Positions 36,727-45,723 of a DNA stretch of 57,416 bases are shown here, in pieces. The stretch is from a virus (Duplodnaviria; Caudoviricetes). Every line of letters begins with the position of its first letter. The first letter of the stretch is position 1. The notes beneath the pieces were generated by a model that did no database searches, was not told the origin of the DNA, and worked only from the letters and a program-made list of their open reading frames with translations. The stretch lies in IMG/VR virus record IMGVR_UViG_3300022824_000002, positions 1 through 57,416 of that record; one strand, given 5' to 3'. A program made the translations under genes and the position numbers.

Positions 36727-37038
36727 TTATGATCGTAGTATAAATAAATTATTGCGCCAGCAGAAATCTTCCCATTCGGATCGGCCAAGTGGTTTAATAT
36801 GAACCGTTTTTGCTTCTACTTGCTTACCATTTAAATCATTAATTTTCCCTTGCAAACTATCAACCATATCAGATAAGTCCTTTACTTTTTCAAGTGCCTT
36901 GTCTAGTTCAGCTGTGTCTACTACAACTTTTATAAATAGATCACTTGGCGATCTATTTGCGGATGGCGGTGGTGATGGCGGTCTTTTTGGCATCCCATTT
37001 ACAATTTCCAAATATATTTGACCCCATTTGTCTGTCAT
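36727..37038 (-). CDS. Hypothetical protein
   Basis: ORF track, RBS. Confidence 0.6.
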   Translation of the reverse strand: MTDKWGQIYLEIVNGMPKRPPSPPPSANRSPSDLFIKVVVDTAELDKALEKVKDLSDMVDSLQGKINDLNGKQVEAKTVHIKPLGRSEWEDFCWRNNLFILRS

Positions 37039-37052
37039 AAAATCACTTCCTA

Positions 37053-37136
37053 TTATTCTTCATTCCCGTCACTATCATCTTTTAGTACATAAGTAAACGA
37101 CCTTACGCAATTTGGATGTTCCAATGGACTATCCAT
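37053..37136 (-). pseudogene. Displaced duplicate of the portal-MuF 3' end
   Basis: Reads MDSPLEHPNCVRSFTYVLKDDSDGNEE* vs portal end DNPISHPNCTRSFTYNLKDDTDSQDEE*. Confidence 0.85.
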
Positions 37137-37186
37137 TTTGCGCATAAGAAAAGCAACCCGTGTAAGGGTTGCTAAAATATTAATGA

Positions 37187-38044
37187 TTAAATTATGGCAG
37201 TTTGGATGTTTTTTAGACGTTCTTCAATAACCAATTCAACGCCTTGATTTATTTCGTGTTCCCAAAGTCGCAGTAAATTGTAACCATGGTTTTTAAAATA
37301 TGTATTTTTGCGTTTATCTTGGTCAATTCCTTTTTTCAAATTATGCCAATAATCTCCATCGGCTTCTATAATCAAATTGTAATCAGAAAGATAAAAGTCA
37401 ACAATAAAATGTCCTATAATTTTCTGGGTTTCATAATTAACGTTTAACGTCTTTAATATTTCTTCTACAGTTATCTCAATAGATGTGTTATATGTGATCA
37501 TTTTGTTAAAATTATATGCTCCTGCGCAATTTTGAGAGCAAAATAAATTGTGACCGCTTTTTGTTTTATAATGATGAACCTCAAATTCCTTTCCACAATT
37601 ATGACAATTAACATCTATTTTAGGTTTCCAGTTCGGATGATTTTCTCCGTGAATCGTAGTTAAATGTTTAGCGTAACATTGCTTAGAGCAAAACTTTCCA
37701 TTGCCTTCACTAACTCTACCAAATGGTGATAAAAACTCCTTTCCACAAATCTGGCAATTTTTATTTATCTTTTTGTATAATGGATTTAATTCCCCTGTAA
37801 GCGTTTTTGTATGCTCATTTTTGCATTTAACTGAGCAAAACTTCCCATTTCCTTTATTAACCACATTAGGCTGAACTTCAAATTTTTCCCCGCAAATAAA
37901 ACAATTACGTTGAATCTTATTTATATTACTAATTCCCGAACATTGCCTATAACAATACCTTTGGTGTTTTATGTCAGCACGTCCGTTATAACTATTTCCG
38001 CATTGTTCGCATTTTTTTATAACAGTTTTATAAATTCTGGGCAT
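37187..38044 (-). CDS. Free-standing endonuclease: repeated CxxC..FCS..C Zn modules + C-terminal DUF559/Vsr-like domain
   Basis: VDFY..LIIEADGDYWH..DKRKN..GYNLLRLWE; own promoter and terminator (37152-37173). Confidence 0.88.
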   Translation of the reverse strand: MPRIYKTVIKKCEQCGNSYNGRADIKHQRYCYRQCSGISNINKIQRNCFICGEKFEVQPNVVNKGNGKFCSVKCKNEHTKTLTGELNPLYKKINKNCQICGKEFLSPFGRVSEGNGKFCSKQCYAKHLTTIHGENHPNWKPKIDVNCHNCGKEFEVHHYKTKSGHNLFCSQNCAGAYNFNKMITYNTSIEITVEEILKTLNVNYETQKIIGHFIVDFYLSDYNLIIEADGDYWHNLKKGIDQDKRKNTYFKNHGYNLLRLWEHEINQGVELVIEERLKNIQTAII

Positions 38045-38057
38045 AGTTAAAACCACT

Positions 38058-38176
38058 CCTCTGTATTAGTAGTTATTTTCTCTGTATATTAATTTGTCTT
38101 AATGTGGGAAAGAGTACAGAGGCTCGATTCGCGCCAGTTAATTACTCTGAGGCTATCCCACATATGTATTATATCA
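38058..38176 (-). promoter_or_regulatory. Extended -10 promoter and structured leader of the endonuclease gene
   Basis: TGATATAAT; ATGTGGGA/TCCCACAT closing stem; loop CCTCTGTA complementary to TACAGAGG over the RBS. Confidence 0.6.
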
Positions 38177-40594
38177 TTCTTCATCTTGACTGTCAGTATC
38201 ATCCTTCAAATTGTAAGTAAAACTTCTAGTACAGTTTGGGTGACTTATCGGGTTATCAAGCGCCATTTCTAACGTCCAAGGCGAACTTGCAACCGCTTCA
38301 CTACATTCATCGTCCTCATCACCATCCTCAACATCTACCGACTCAACTAGACCGCTTTCCTGCCCTGCAATTATAAACCCATTATTATATAATTTGGCGC
38401 TTTCAGTTCTCGCAATCGTTTCAGCCCGACTATCACTAAAGGCGTAATTATCTTTTAAGCGCCCTTTCAATGTTTCCCATGATTCTTCATTACCAACACT
38501 ACTGGAAATCGTTGATTTAAGCATGTCCCTGCTAGAATCGCTTAAATCTTTCACTAAATCTAACGCATGATTCTTCGCCTGTTCTGCAGCAATATGGGAA
38601 TCAAATCTTAATTTAATTTCATCACCAGTCATACTTTCGAGCATATCCTTACCAGTTTGCCATCCGACTTCGCTAATCCCCTTGACAGTGTCAGAAACCT
38701 TGTCAATGTCAAACCCAATAAAAAAATCATGATCGCTTATGAAATCTAACACCTTTTCAGCAGTGCCGGCAGTTTCAACAGCAGTCATGAAATTATCGCC
38801 AGATTCGTCTAGTTCATCTTCTAAATCATCCTGCAATGTTTGTCGTAGTGTTTCAATTGCTATGATTTTTTTCTTGGCTGCCTTAAACAAATCCCGTATT
38901 TGATCGGCTGTTTCTAATTTTGCAAGCTTGTTTTTAATTTGCTTACACACGCTATCAGGAATTATCTCAGTTAAAAACCCTCGTTTAGTCTTTTTTTTTA
39001 ACTGGTTGACTGCAAATTTCTCATATTGCTTTAATTCGTCCATAATCGACTTGCTAGTAACTTTTTTATCTGGTGTAGGGGTTTTGTCGGACACAATGTT
39101 ATTCTGCGCTTGTTGGTTGTTTTGAGCGTTACCGCCTTGCGTTATTCCCATAGCCAGCATATCAATTTGGGATTTCATTTTCGCTTCGACATATTCTTTG
39201 GTGATAAGTATAATGTCATTCCCAACCATAACATAAGGAGGAACTCCATTGGGCAAATCAGTTATTGGGGCTAGTCCATCAGCTGCGCGAAGTTCATCAA
39301 TAGTACGAAGTCCTCTTGAAACATATTGCATATTGCGATCTACAGTTACTTTCGCATCCTCTTTCTTTTCATCAATGTATTTAAATCGAAGATGTTTGAA
39401 CCCTAGATCGTTTTGGATAATATCCGTGAACGTTTCTTCTAGAAACGATTCAAGTGGACCTAATCCTATATCGGTTTGTTGTGAGTCTTGCATTTCTCCT
39501 GTAGCTCTAGTCATAGCCATGATAAACGCCTGCGGGTTAACTCCAAACGTCACCGCTACCAAACGGGCTATCCATTCGTCATTTTTAGGATCAAACGTAA
39601 ATTCCTTAGTTGGAGTATATGCGCCCTTAGGTACAAAACGCATTGCTAGACGCTCATCAATATTACCGGACATTACATCATTCCATAACTCCTGGTATTG
39701 TGCTATTTGGTCAGGTGTCCAATTTGCGTCAACTTGGAACAGTCCAGCGTCAGGTAAAGCACCCTTGGTATAGTAGCGCAAATGAAAATCATCACGTCTG
39801 AGCATGATGTTAATTTTCATTAGCAGTTGCTCAGTCGGTGCAAATCCGTATGTGGTCCATGTCCTTGGATATCGTGGCCTGTAAATAATATCGTTAGTTG
39901 TAAAGCCAGGGATATTATCCGCACTACCATAAGGCATGCCATAGATTATTTGCTGATAAGCAGCATTAGGGGGTAATGGAACTCTACCATATGCATCAAT
40001 CAAAGGCTTAATAGTGGCCCCGTCTATGACTTCCAATGAATACAACTTTCCACCGCGAGTACGCCGCTTATAAATTGTCCCTGCATCAATCGGCAACACA
40101 TCATTTAAGTACAATTTCAACCAGTCAGAAAATAAATGGACTTTATCTGGCCTATAAAGAAACGCTTTTACAGTGTCAATGTCTTTACTATGATCGCTTT
40201 TGTCCTCTTTTTTTGTAGGAACAATATCCCACTCATCGCCCGTTACCTGGTCAATCATCATTTTAATACAAATACCTGTAATATCATGCGAATCTGCTAA
40301 TGCTCTAAGAACTTGGAAAGGTGTCATTCGAGGATCTTCCATCCGCGGATTTATTACTAAGTTACGACCTACCTTATATTGATTTTGAAAAGGGGCCTGT
40401 CCTTGGTTTTGTGGCTGAAGCGGATTACCAGGAGACCATGTACCACCTTCGTTGTAAACGCTTTTATCTCCGAATCCTGGTTGATTAGATTGTCTTGCCT
40501 GATTAGTTATGGCTTGGGCTTCATTAACCATGCTAGTTTTTACTGATGGAGGCGATTTCTTGGATAATATTGAAAATGCTTTTTTCAGTGACAT
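38174..40594 (-). CDS. Portal protein fused to MuF (SPP1 gp7-like) minor head domain
   Basis: Follows terL; LEVIDGATIKP, YQQI portal region; RAETIARTES..HPNC.R MuF motifs. Confidence 0.92.
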   Translation of the reverse strand: MSLKKAFSILSKKSPPSVKTSMVNEAQAITNQARQSNQPGFGDKSVYNEGGTWSPGNPLQPQNQGQAPFQNQYKVGRNLVINPRMEDPRMTPFQVLRALADSHDITGICIKMMIDQVTGDEWDIVPTKKEDKSDHSKDIDTVKAFLYRPDKVHLFSDWLKLYLNDVLPIDAGTIYKRRTRGGKLYSLEVIDGATIKPLIDAYGRVPLPPNAAYQQIIYGMPYGSADNIPGFTTNDIIYRPRYPRTWTTYGFAPTEQLLMKINIMLRRDDFHLRYYTKGALPDAGLFQVDANWTPDQIAQYQELWNDVMSGNIDERLAMRFVPKGAYTPTKEFTFDPKNDEWIARLVAVTFGVNPQAFIMAMTRATGEMQDSQQTDIGLGPLESFLEETFTDIIQNDLGFKHLRFKYIDEKKEDAKVTVDRNMQYVSRGLRTIDELRAADGLAPITDLPNGVPPYVMVGNDIILITKEYVEAKMKSQIDMLAMGITQGGNAQNNQQAQNNIVSDKTPTPDKKVTSKSIMDELKQYEKFAVNQLKKKTKRGFLTEIIPDSVCKQIKNKLAKLETADQIRDLFKAAKKKIIAIETLRQTLQDDLEDELDESGDNFMTAVETAGTAEKVLDFISDHDFFIGFDIDKVSDTVKGISEVGWQTGKDMLESMTGDEIKLRFDSHIAAEQAKNHALDLVKDLSDSSRDMLKSTISSSVGNEESWETLKGRLKDNYAFSDSRAETIARTESAKLYNNGFIIAGQESGLVESVDVEDGDEDDECSEAVASSPWTLEMALDNPISHPNCTRSFTYNLKDDTDSQDEE

Positions 40595-40604
40595 AATTGC
40601 CTCC

Positions 40605-40853
40605 TTACAGTCTTAATATGTGATGTGCAAACCCATTGCTTAATAATGCGATAAAAACACAAAGAGAAAACACAGTAATAGCACCGCCAATATAGATTGA
40701 GTAATATACAGTCTTGGAATTTTCTTTAATCAGTTGCAAGTCTTCAAAGTTGTTGTGTATTGCACATCCAGCGCAATATATACAAAAACAGATATAAAAA
40801 ATAGACGCTAATGTCATTGCGCCCAGTAATGTTGGAATTATTTCATTTTCCAT
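40605..40853 (-). CDS. Small two-TM membrane protein
   Basis: ORF track, hydrophobic. Confidence 0.55.
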   Translation of the reverse strand: MENEIIPTLLGAMTLASIFYICFCIYCAGCAIHNNFEDLQLIKENSKTVYYSIYIGGAITVFSLCVFIALLSNGFAHHILRL

Positions 40854-40862
40854 TTTTAAAAC

Positions 40863-42422
40863 TCACGCCCTTTTATCTCGTTCTTCTTTTTGTCTACGCA
40901 TAAATTCAAGTAAACCTTGATAATCGCCACCTTGTATCTGCTCCCCAAATCCAGTAAGAGCATCAGCAGCATCATCATGTTTATTCTTGCCTTCTTTTTG
41001 GTAGTTAGTGATAGCTATGTAAAATTCAGGCCAGCGTTCTTTCCAATTAGTAGGGAAGTAAACGTGCTGCATGATAAAAGTGGCACCAGTAAGAATGCGT
41101 GATTGTTTGTTTTTCGATTGATGGAACCATCTAACGCCCACATGCCTAGTTTTATGTTTATCCCATATGATTTTTTCGACACTTCTAGCAAAGCCACGGC
41201 CGCCATTATTCGATTCAAACACGCCATCAGTTACGCCGTTTCTAACCAACATATCTGCCGTCTCAGGCTCAGTGATTTCCATACCGTCTTTCGTGAGCTG
41301 AATATCTGTTACATAACCCTCGCCTTTATATACATGCCCTGCAATCGTACACAGATAATCATTGCCAGTGTCCGCAGTGTCAGTGTAGGACAAAACACGT
41401 TCAGTGATTAATCTACCTTCTTCGTCATGTGGTAAATCAGTATAAGTTAAAATTTGTTGGTATAGCTTGCCTTGAATATCTACAGGTGTTTGATGGTAAT
41501 TCGCCATAAATATAGCTTCATCCATATTTACTTTTAAACTTTTATACTTTTTCTCGCTTAAGACAGACGGACATAACATTTCACCATCAATACTGCATGC
41601 TTCCATACTCAATATAATCCACTCATGTTTTTCTGGTCCTGACAATATGCGCCCGCAAATATCTTTCTTAGCCCAGCGAGTCATATTAACAATTTCAATA
41701 CCACCCTCACCTTCGTCTTCAAGACGGGATAAAAACGTGCCAGTGTACCATTGCCACTGTTTGTCTAAATTCGCCTCATTAAATGCTTCTTCGGCATTCT
41801 TGATAGGATCATCAACAATCGTTACATTGCCGCCCTTACCAGTAATGCTCCCCTGAATACCAGCACCTTTATAATTAAAGAACTGTCCTTCAAGGCTCCA
41901 TTGCATAAATGACGCATTGCCTTTGGAAATTTTACTATTAGGAAATATATCACTATAAACAATTTGTATTGGTAGATTTTTCTGGACCATAATACCATCG
42001 CGAGTATATCTTGAAAAATCTCCTGCAAGGTCATCATTATACGAACATGTGATAATACGGTTTTTAATACTTTTACCTAAAATCCATTCACAAAACATAA
42101 TCAGTGTTCTTGATTTACCAGACCGAGGAGGGATATTTTCCATTATTTTTGTATAAACTTTATCATCCTCTAACCTGTCCCAATCGACTGACAGCGTGTA
42201 CCATTGCGGGGCTATCGTGTCGCATAAGTAGCGAAAATACTTACCTGTTAGCCTGCGATCATATAATGCTTGCAATGTTTCGCATATTAATTTCAGGTGC
42301 CAACGATCACCCTTATAAAATTCAGGGGCCAATAAACAGCAAAACATCCAAAACGAGTCCTGGGCATTGCGGATGTTTAGTTCTCGCTGGTAGACTAGTT
42401 GCTGTTGCGGGGTTAGCGCCAT
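40863..42422 (-). CDS. terL: Terminase large subunit
   Basis: PPRSGKS, ITGKGG..IVDDPIK, MTRW, DTADTGND, HDDAADAL. Confidence 0.96.
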   Translation of the reverse strand: MALTPQQQLVYQRELNIRNAQDSFWMFCCLLAPEFYKGDRWHLKLICETLQALYDRRLTGKYFRYLCDTIAPQWYTLSVDWDRLEDDKVYTKIMENIPPRSGKSRTLIMFCEWILGKSIKNRIITCSYNDDLAGDFSRYTRDGIMVQKNLPIQIVYSDIFPNSKISKGNASFMQWSLEGQFFNYKGAGIQGSITGKGGNVTIVDDPIKNAEEAFNEANLDKQWQWYTGTFLSRLEDEGEGGIEIVNMTRWAKKDICGRILSGPEKHEWIILSMEACSIDGEMLCPSVLSEKKYKSLKVNMDEAIFMANYHQTPVDIQGKLYQQILTYTDLPHDEEGRLITERVLSYTDTADTGNDYLCTIAGHVYKGEGYVTDIQLTKDGMEITEPETADMLVRNGVTDGVFESNNGGRGFARSVEKIIWDKHKTRHVGVRWFHQSKNKQSRILTGATFIMQHVYFPTNWKERWPEFYIAITNYQKEGKNKHDDAADALTGFGEQIQGGDYQGLLEFMRRQKEERDKRA

Positions 42423-42670
42423 TTATAGACCTCCTTTGTGGCATAAGAAAACACTCACTAATTAGCGAGTGCTAAATTTTCCTTCACGCGTAGGATTTTT
42501 TATAATTTCTCGAATGGTAGGGGCACGCCAACGGCCCATAATTTTCGGTTTAAAAAAGGCGGGGGTGGATGTTATAAGCAATTACCATCTAGCTGTCAAA
42601 CATACTATTTTACTGCGTTTCTAACTAACGATAATAGAAACATATCAATAGTTAGAGTGTACTTCAACTA

Positions 42671-43366
42671 TCACTCTTCACTTGTTATATCAATAGTATT
42701 TAAAGCCAACTCAGCAATCTTCTGTTGCTTTTCCAGCTCAATCCTAATCTCTTCAGTTGATAATTTGGTAACATCAAAACTGTTATTAATATTAATCTCT
42801 TTACGATCAATAAACATGCCAATATGCTTGCCTGCAAGTTCTAATGACTTATTCTTGTCGTAGAATCTAACTTCGCGCTCTACTGTAGTGCCAGCCTTAC
42901 CATGCGTAGTTTTAACCTTTATAGATTGTATAGCCGCTAGATCATCCTCGCTTGCTGTGTCAAGTATACTACCATCACTTGCTATCACTCTTGCAGGGTT
43001 AGCAAACGATATTCTAGCTAGTTCTCTTATTACTCGATCCTCATTAACGCCTGTTCTGCTTGATGCTTCTGCTAGTCTGCGATCAACGTATGCACGTATG
43101 CTAGAGTTGGCTAGAAGCTCCGTTCCTTGTTCTCTAGCACTACCAGGACTATAACCTGCCCTAATAGATGCTTGCGTAGCATTAAGATCAACCATATATT
43201 CATCTATAAATCTCTTCTGCCTACCATTAAGTTGTTCATAAGGCGTAATCCCATCATTCCCCATAATAACTGGTAAATCACTCTCTTTAATATCACTCAA
43301 TACGACAGGCTCAACCACTGTCTTTAGTTTAGTATCTATAATTCCATTGCCTTTACCGCCTGCCAC
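42671..43366 (-). CDS. terS: Terminase small subunit
   Basis: QKRFIDEYMVDLNATQASIRAGYS, DKNKSLELAGKHIGMF. Confidence 0.95.
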   Translation of the reverse strand: MAGGKGNGIIDTKLKTVVEPVVLSDIKESDLPVIMGNDGITPYEQLNGRQKRFIDEYMVDLNATQASIRAGYSPGSAREQGTELLANSSIRAYVDRRLAEASSRTGVNEDRVIRELARISFANPARVIASDGSILDTASEDDLAAIQSIKVKTTHGKAGTTVEREVRFYDKNKSLELAGKHIGMFIDRKEININNSFDVTKLSTEEIRIELEKQQKIAELALNTIDITSEE

Positions 43367-43379
43367 ACTATCACCTCAA

Positions 43380-43526
43380 TTATTCTTTATTAAAACAATC
43401 ACTACACTGTCCATTACTAAAATGGCAACAATCACATATAATTGCTCCGCATGTTTTGCATTTAAACATATTAATATTTAAATCTTCAGTTTTGCAAATT
43501 GGACATTCGACCTATTTTTCATCCAT
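43380..43526 (-). pseudogene. Small Cys-rich ORF interrupted by TAG at codon 5
   Basis: AGGGG RBS; MDEK*VECPICK..CKTCG..CDCC..CSDC. Confidence 0.55.
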
Positions 43527-43532
43527 CGAAAA

Positions 43533-44051
43533 TTACCCCTTATCAACTTTACTGCCCTTCTTAATTAGCAAATCAGATATAAAATATCCTTCATCATTGC
43601 CAATTAAAAGTTCATGTTGTCTTAAATCTTTTATAACCCTGTCAAGTTTACGCTTGCCGAAGTTAAACATCTTTTGTAAGTCAGCATACATCAATTGTTT
43701 CTTGCTGCGCTTATGTATTAATCTCCCTGTTCCCCATTCGACATTATTGCCAAGACAAACTAAAAAGCCGATCAATTCCTCGATGTTGTCAATTCCTTGA
43801 CTTCTTAGCTTTTCAACCTCTTGCAGCATAAGCATGATGTAAGGTTTTTTCCCTCCCATGCTTTTAGGTGCGCTTTTCTTTTTAACGCCTGATGGGTTTT
43901 TCCAGAAGCTATAAACTTCTTCACCATCGATTGACACATGTATGTATTCCATTCCCGCTGACGTTACCTCTTTAGATATCACAGCATCAACTTTAACAGC
44001 TTTTATACTGCCATTTTGAAACTCTAACCACTGATTCAATATCACCACCAA
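43533..44051 (-). CDS. Winged-helix protein, RepL-like C-terminus
   Basis: YADLQKMFNFGKRKLDRVIKDL..LL..GYFIS..LIKKG. Confidence 0.55.
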   Translation of the reverse strand: MVVILNQWLEFQNGSIKAVKVDAVISKEVTSAGMEYIHVSIDGEEVYSFWKNPSGVKKKSAPKSMGGKKPYIMLMLQEVEKLRSQGIDNIEELIGFLVCLGNNVEWGTGRLIHKRSKKQLMYADLQKMFNFGKRKLDRVIKDLRQHELLIGNDEGYFISDLLIKKGSKVDKG

Positions 44052-44235
44052 CTTGGTCTATGTTAACGCTTTATAATACACCTACATACCTAAATCCTTA
44101 TAAACCCTTGTGGCATATAGGATTAATCCTGTTTCATCAAGGTGCTGTTGGGATTTATTTACAACTTACTTAATTCAGCTTCTTCCCAACCCAATTAACC
44201 ACCAAAATCCCAACCATACACCATAAAAATCCCAA

Positions 44236-44391
44236 CTAAAAATACCTCATAATCCTCTTTAACTCATAAACCTCAAAACTAAACCAAATATGATTACCTA
44301 TTGAAAACTCAAATTTAAACCCATTCCAGACACAATATCCAAAGATAACGGCATAAATAAAATACAAATAATGCTCTTTAATAAATTCCAT
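44236..44391 (-). CDS. 51-aa membrane protein
   Basis: Manual translation; TGATG overlap with upstream ORF. Confidence 0.5.
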   Translation of the reverse strand: MEFIKEHYLYFIYAVIFGYCVWNGFKFEFSIGNHIWFSFEVYELKRIMRYF

Positions 44392-44615
44392 CATCTCTTA
44401 ACCTCACCATGTACGACACTAGTACTGTTATTTGTACCATGTATCTTACAATCATTATACCTATCCGAATGATGGCAACACATTTCACATGCCGTCAACA
44501 CTCGCTTGAACTGTATAATTATTGCCCTCTTTGTAAAATCACGACATCTAGGCACGTTTTCACATCCTTGTTTAAATTCATATTGCTGACAATTACCAAT
44601 ACAGGAAGGAGACAA
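44391..44615 (-). CDS. Cys-rich hypothetical protein
   Basis: ORF track. Confidence 0.5.
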   Translation of the reverse strand: MSPSCIGNCQQYEFKQGCENVPRCRDFTKRAIIIQFKRVLTACEMCCHHSDRYNDCKIHGTNNSTSVVHGEVKR

Positions 44616-44648
44616 ACCATATTAGTAATTATCAGCGTATAAATTCAA

Positions 44649-44793
44649 AGTGTCACAGCCCCCACCAGCCGTAACGATTCGTTGGCAACCATACGCCAAG
44701 TCGCGACACTCACCAACTCCCACTACGTATAAAAAAAGACCACCATCTCTGGCAGTCATAGTAAAATTGTGTGCTTTTTACAATCATTAGTAT
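44649..44793 (-). promoter_or_regulatory. Late promoter region with short terminated leader and downstream structured element
   Basis: TATACT -10, hairpin 44761-44780, terminator 44731-44757, multi-stem 44649-44710. Confidence 0.5.
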
Positions 44794-44812
44794 ATAGTGT
44801 TTTGTCTACGTT

Positions 44813-45286
44813 TCACGCCAATATCAGGTCTTTTTCAGTCCCTTTTGAAGTCATACTCAATATTTCATTGATAATGTTAAGCGATTCTCTTCTGATTCTC
44901 TTGAATTGCTTATCGCTGATAGCCATTTCAGATTGCACCTCATAACGCCGATCTTTCTTGTAGTAATAATATTTAACTAATGTTTGACCTTCACTTGGTA
45001 ACGCTTCAAATGCAATCTCTATACTTCTAACCTGTCCTACTGTCTGCTTTACCTTAGCCTGTAAATATTCACGATTTACAGCGTTTTTAATGCCGTAAGA
45101 TTCAGTCTGCCGACTAATACCTCCTATTGGTTTTGGCTGTCCATCATTGCCACAGCACACGCAACTAGGAAACAAGCCGAATAATTCCTCTCTAACAATA
45201 TCGCTCTGGCCTTTAAGTCTAGGATAGCTACGCAAGATATTTTCGATCTCATTATCACTAAAATATTTAGTCATGTATACCTCCAA
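44813..45286 (-). CDS. Late transcriptional activator (RinA/ArpU-like)
   Basis: IEIAFEALPSE..LVKYYY..ISDKQFKRIRRESL sigma region-4-like HTH; position before terS. Confidence 0.8.
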   Translation of the reverse strand: MEVYMTKYFSDNEIENILRSYPRLKGQSDIVREELFGLFPSCVCCGNDGQPKPIGGISRQTESYGIKNAVNREYLQAKVKQTVGQVRSIEIAFEALPSEGQTLVKYYYYKKDRRYEVQSEMAISDKQFKRIRRESLNIINEILSMTSKGTEKDLILA

Positions 45287-45578
45287 CCAATTTAATCAAC
45301 CAAATCTTTTTTCTTTAAATATTTCATCAATATCAAAAACGGAATAGTTACAATCCAAGAAAACAAAATTGCTAATGGCATTGCTATATACAATTCAGTC
45401 ATTACATAACCCCCAATTATTAATTTACGCCCGTCCAATCCAATAAATCAGGCTTCCTAGCCACTTTCCCCTTAAACTCACTACACTCAGTCACCCGCTG
45501 ATTAGCAAATCCCTACCAAGCAACTAACCTTTCGCCCATCAATCCGCTGTTTTAGATTATTACATTTGTCGCACATGC

Positions 45579-45671
45579 TCATTGACCAACCACCCTGACT
45601 GGAATACCACAATCAACAGCACAAACCAACTCTGCCACACATCCTTTAGAATTTTTCCAATCTCCATGTAA
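45579..45671 (-). pseudogene. C-terminal fragment of a DUF4406/DUF1937-like gene
   Basis: LHGDWKNSKGCVAELVCAVDCGIPV without an in-frame start. Confidence 0.5.
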
Positions 45672-45723
45672 CCTATGGTCACCTATTTACAATAGAGGCA
45701 TCTACTATCCCAACATCGTGCCC

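Noticed and set aside
43512-43514. Genome-wide TAG recoding
   Set aside because: TAG terminates several clearly complete genes (e.g. 984, 23513, 29302) and long genes are not fragmented
44640-44730. tRNA gene
   Set aside because: No TTC-containing T-loop or canonical cloverleaf; no tRNA recognised anywhere in the window
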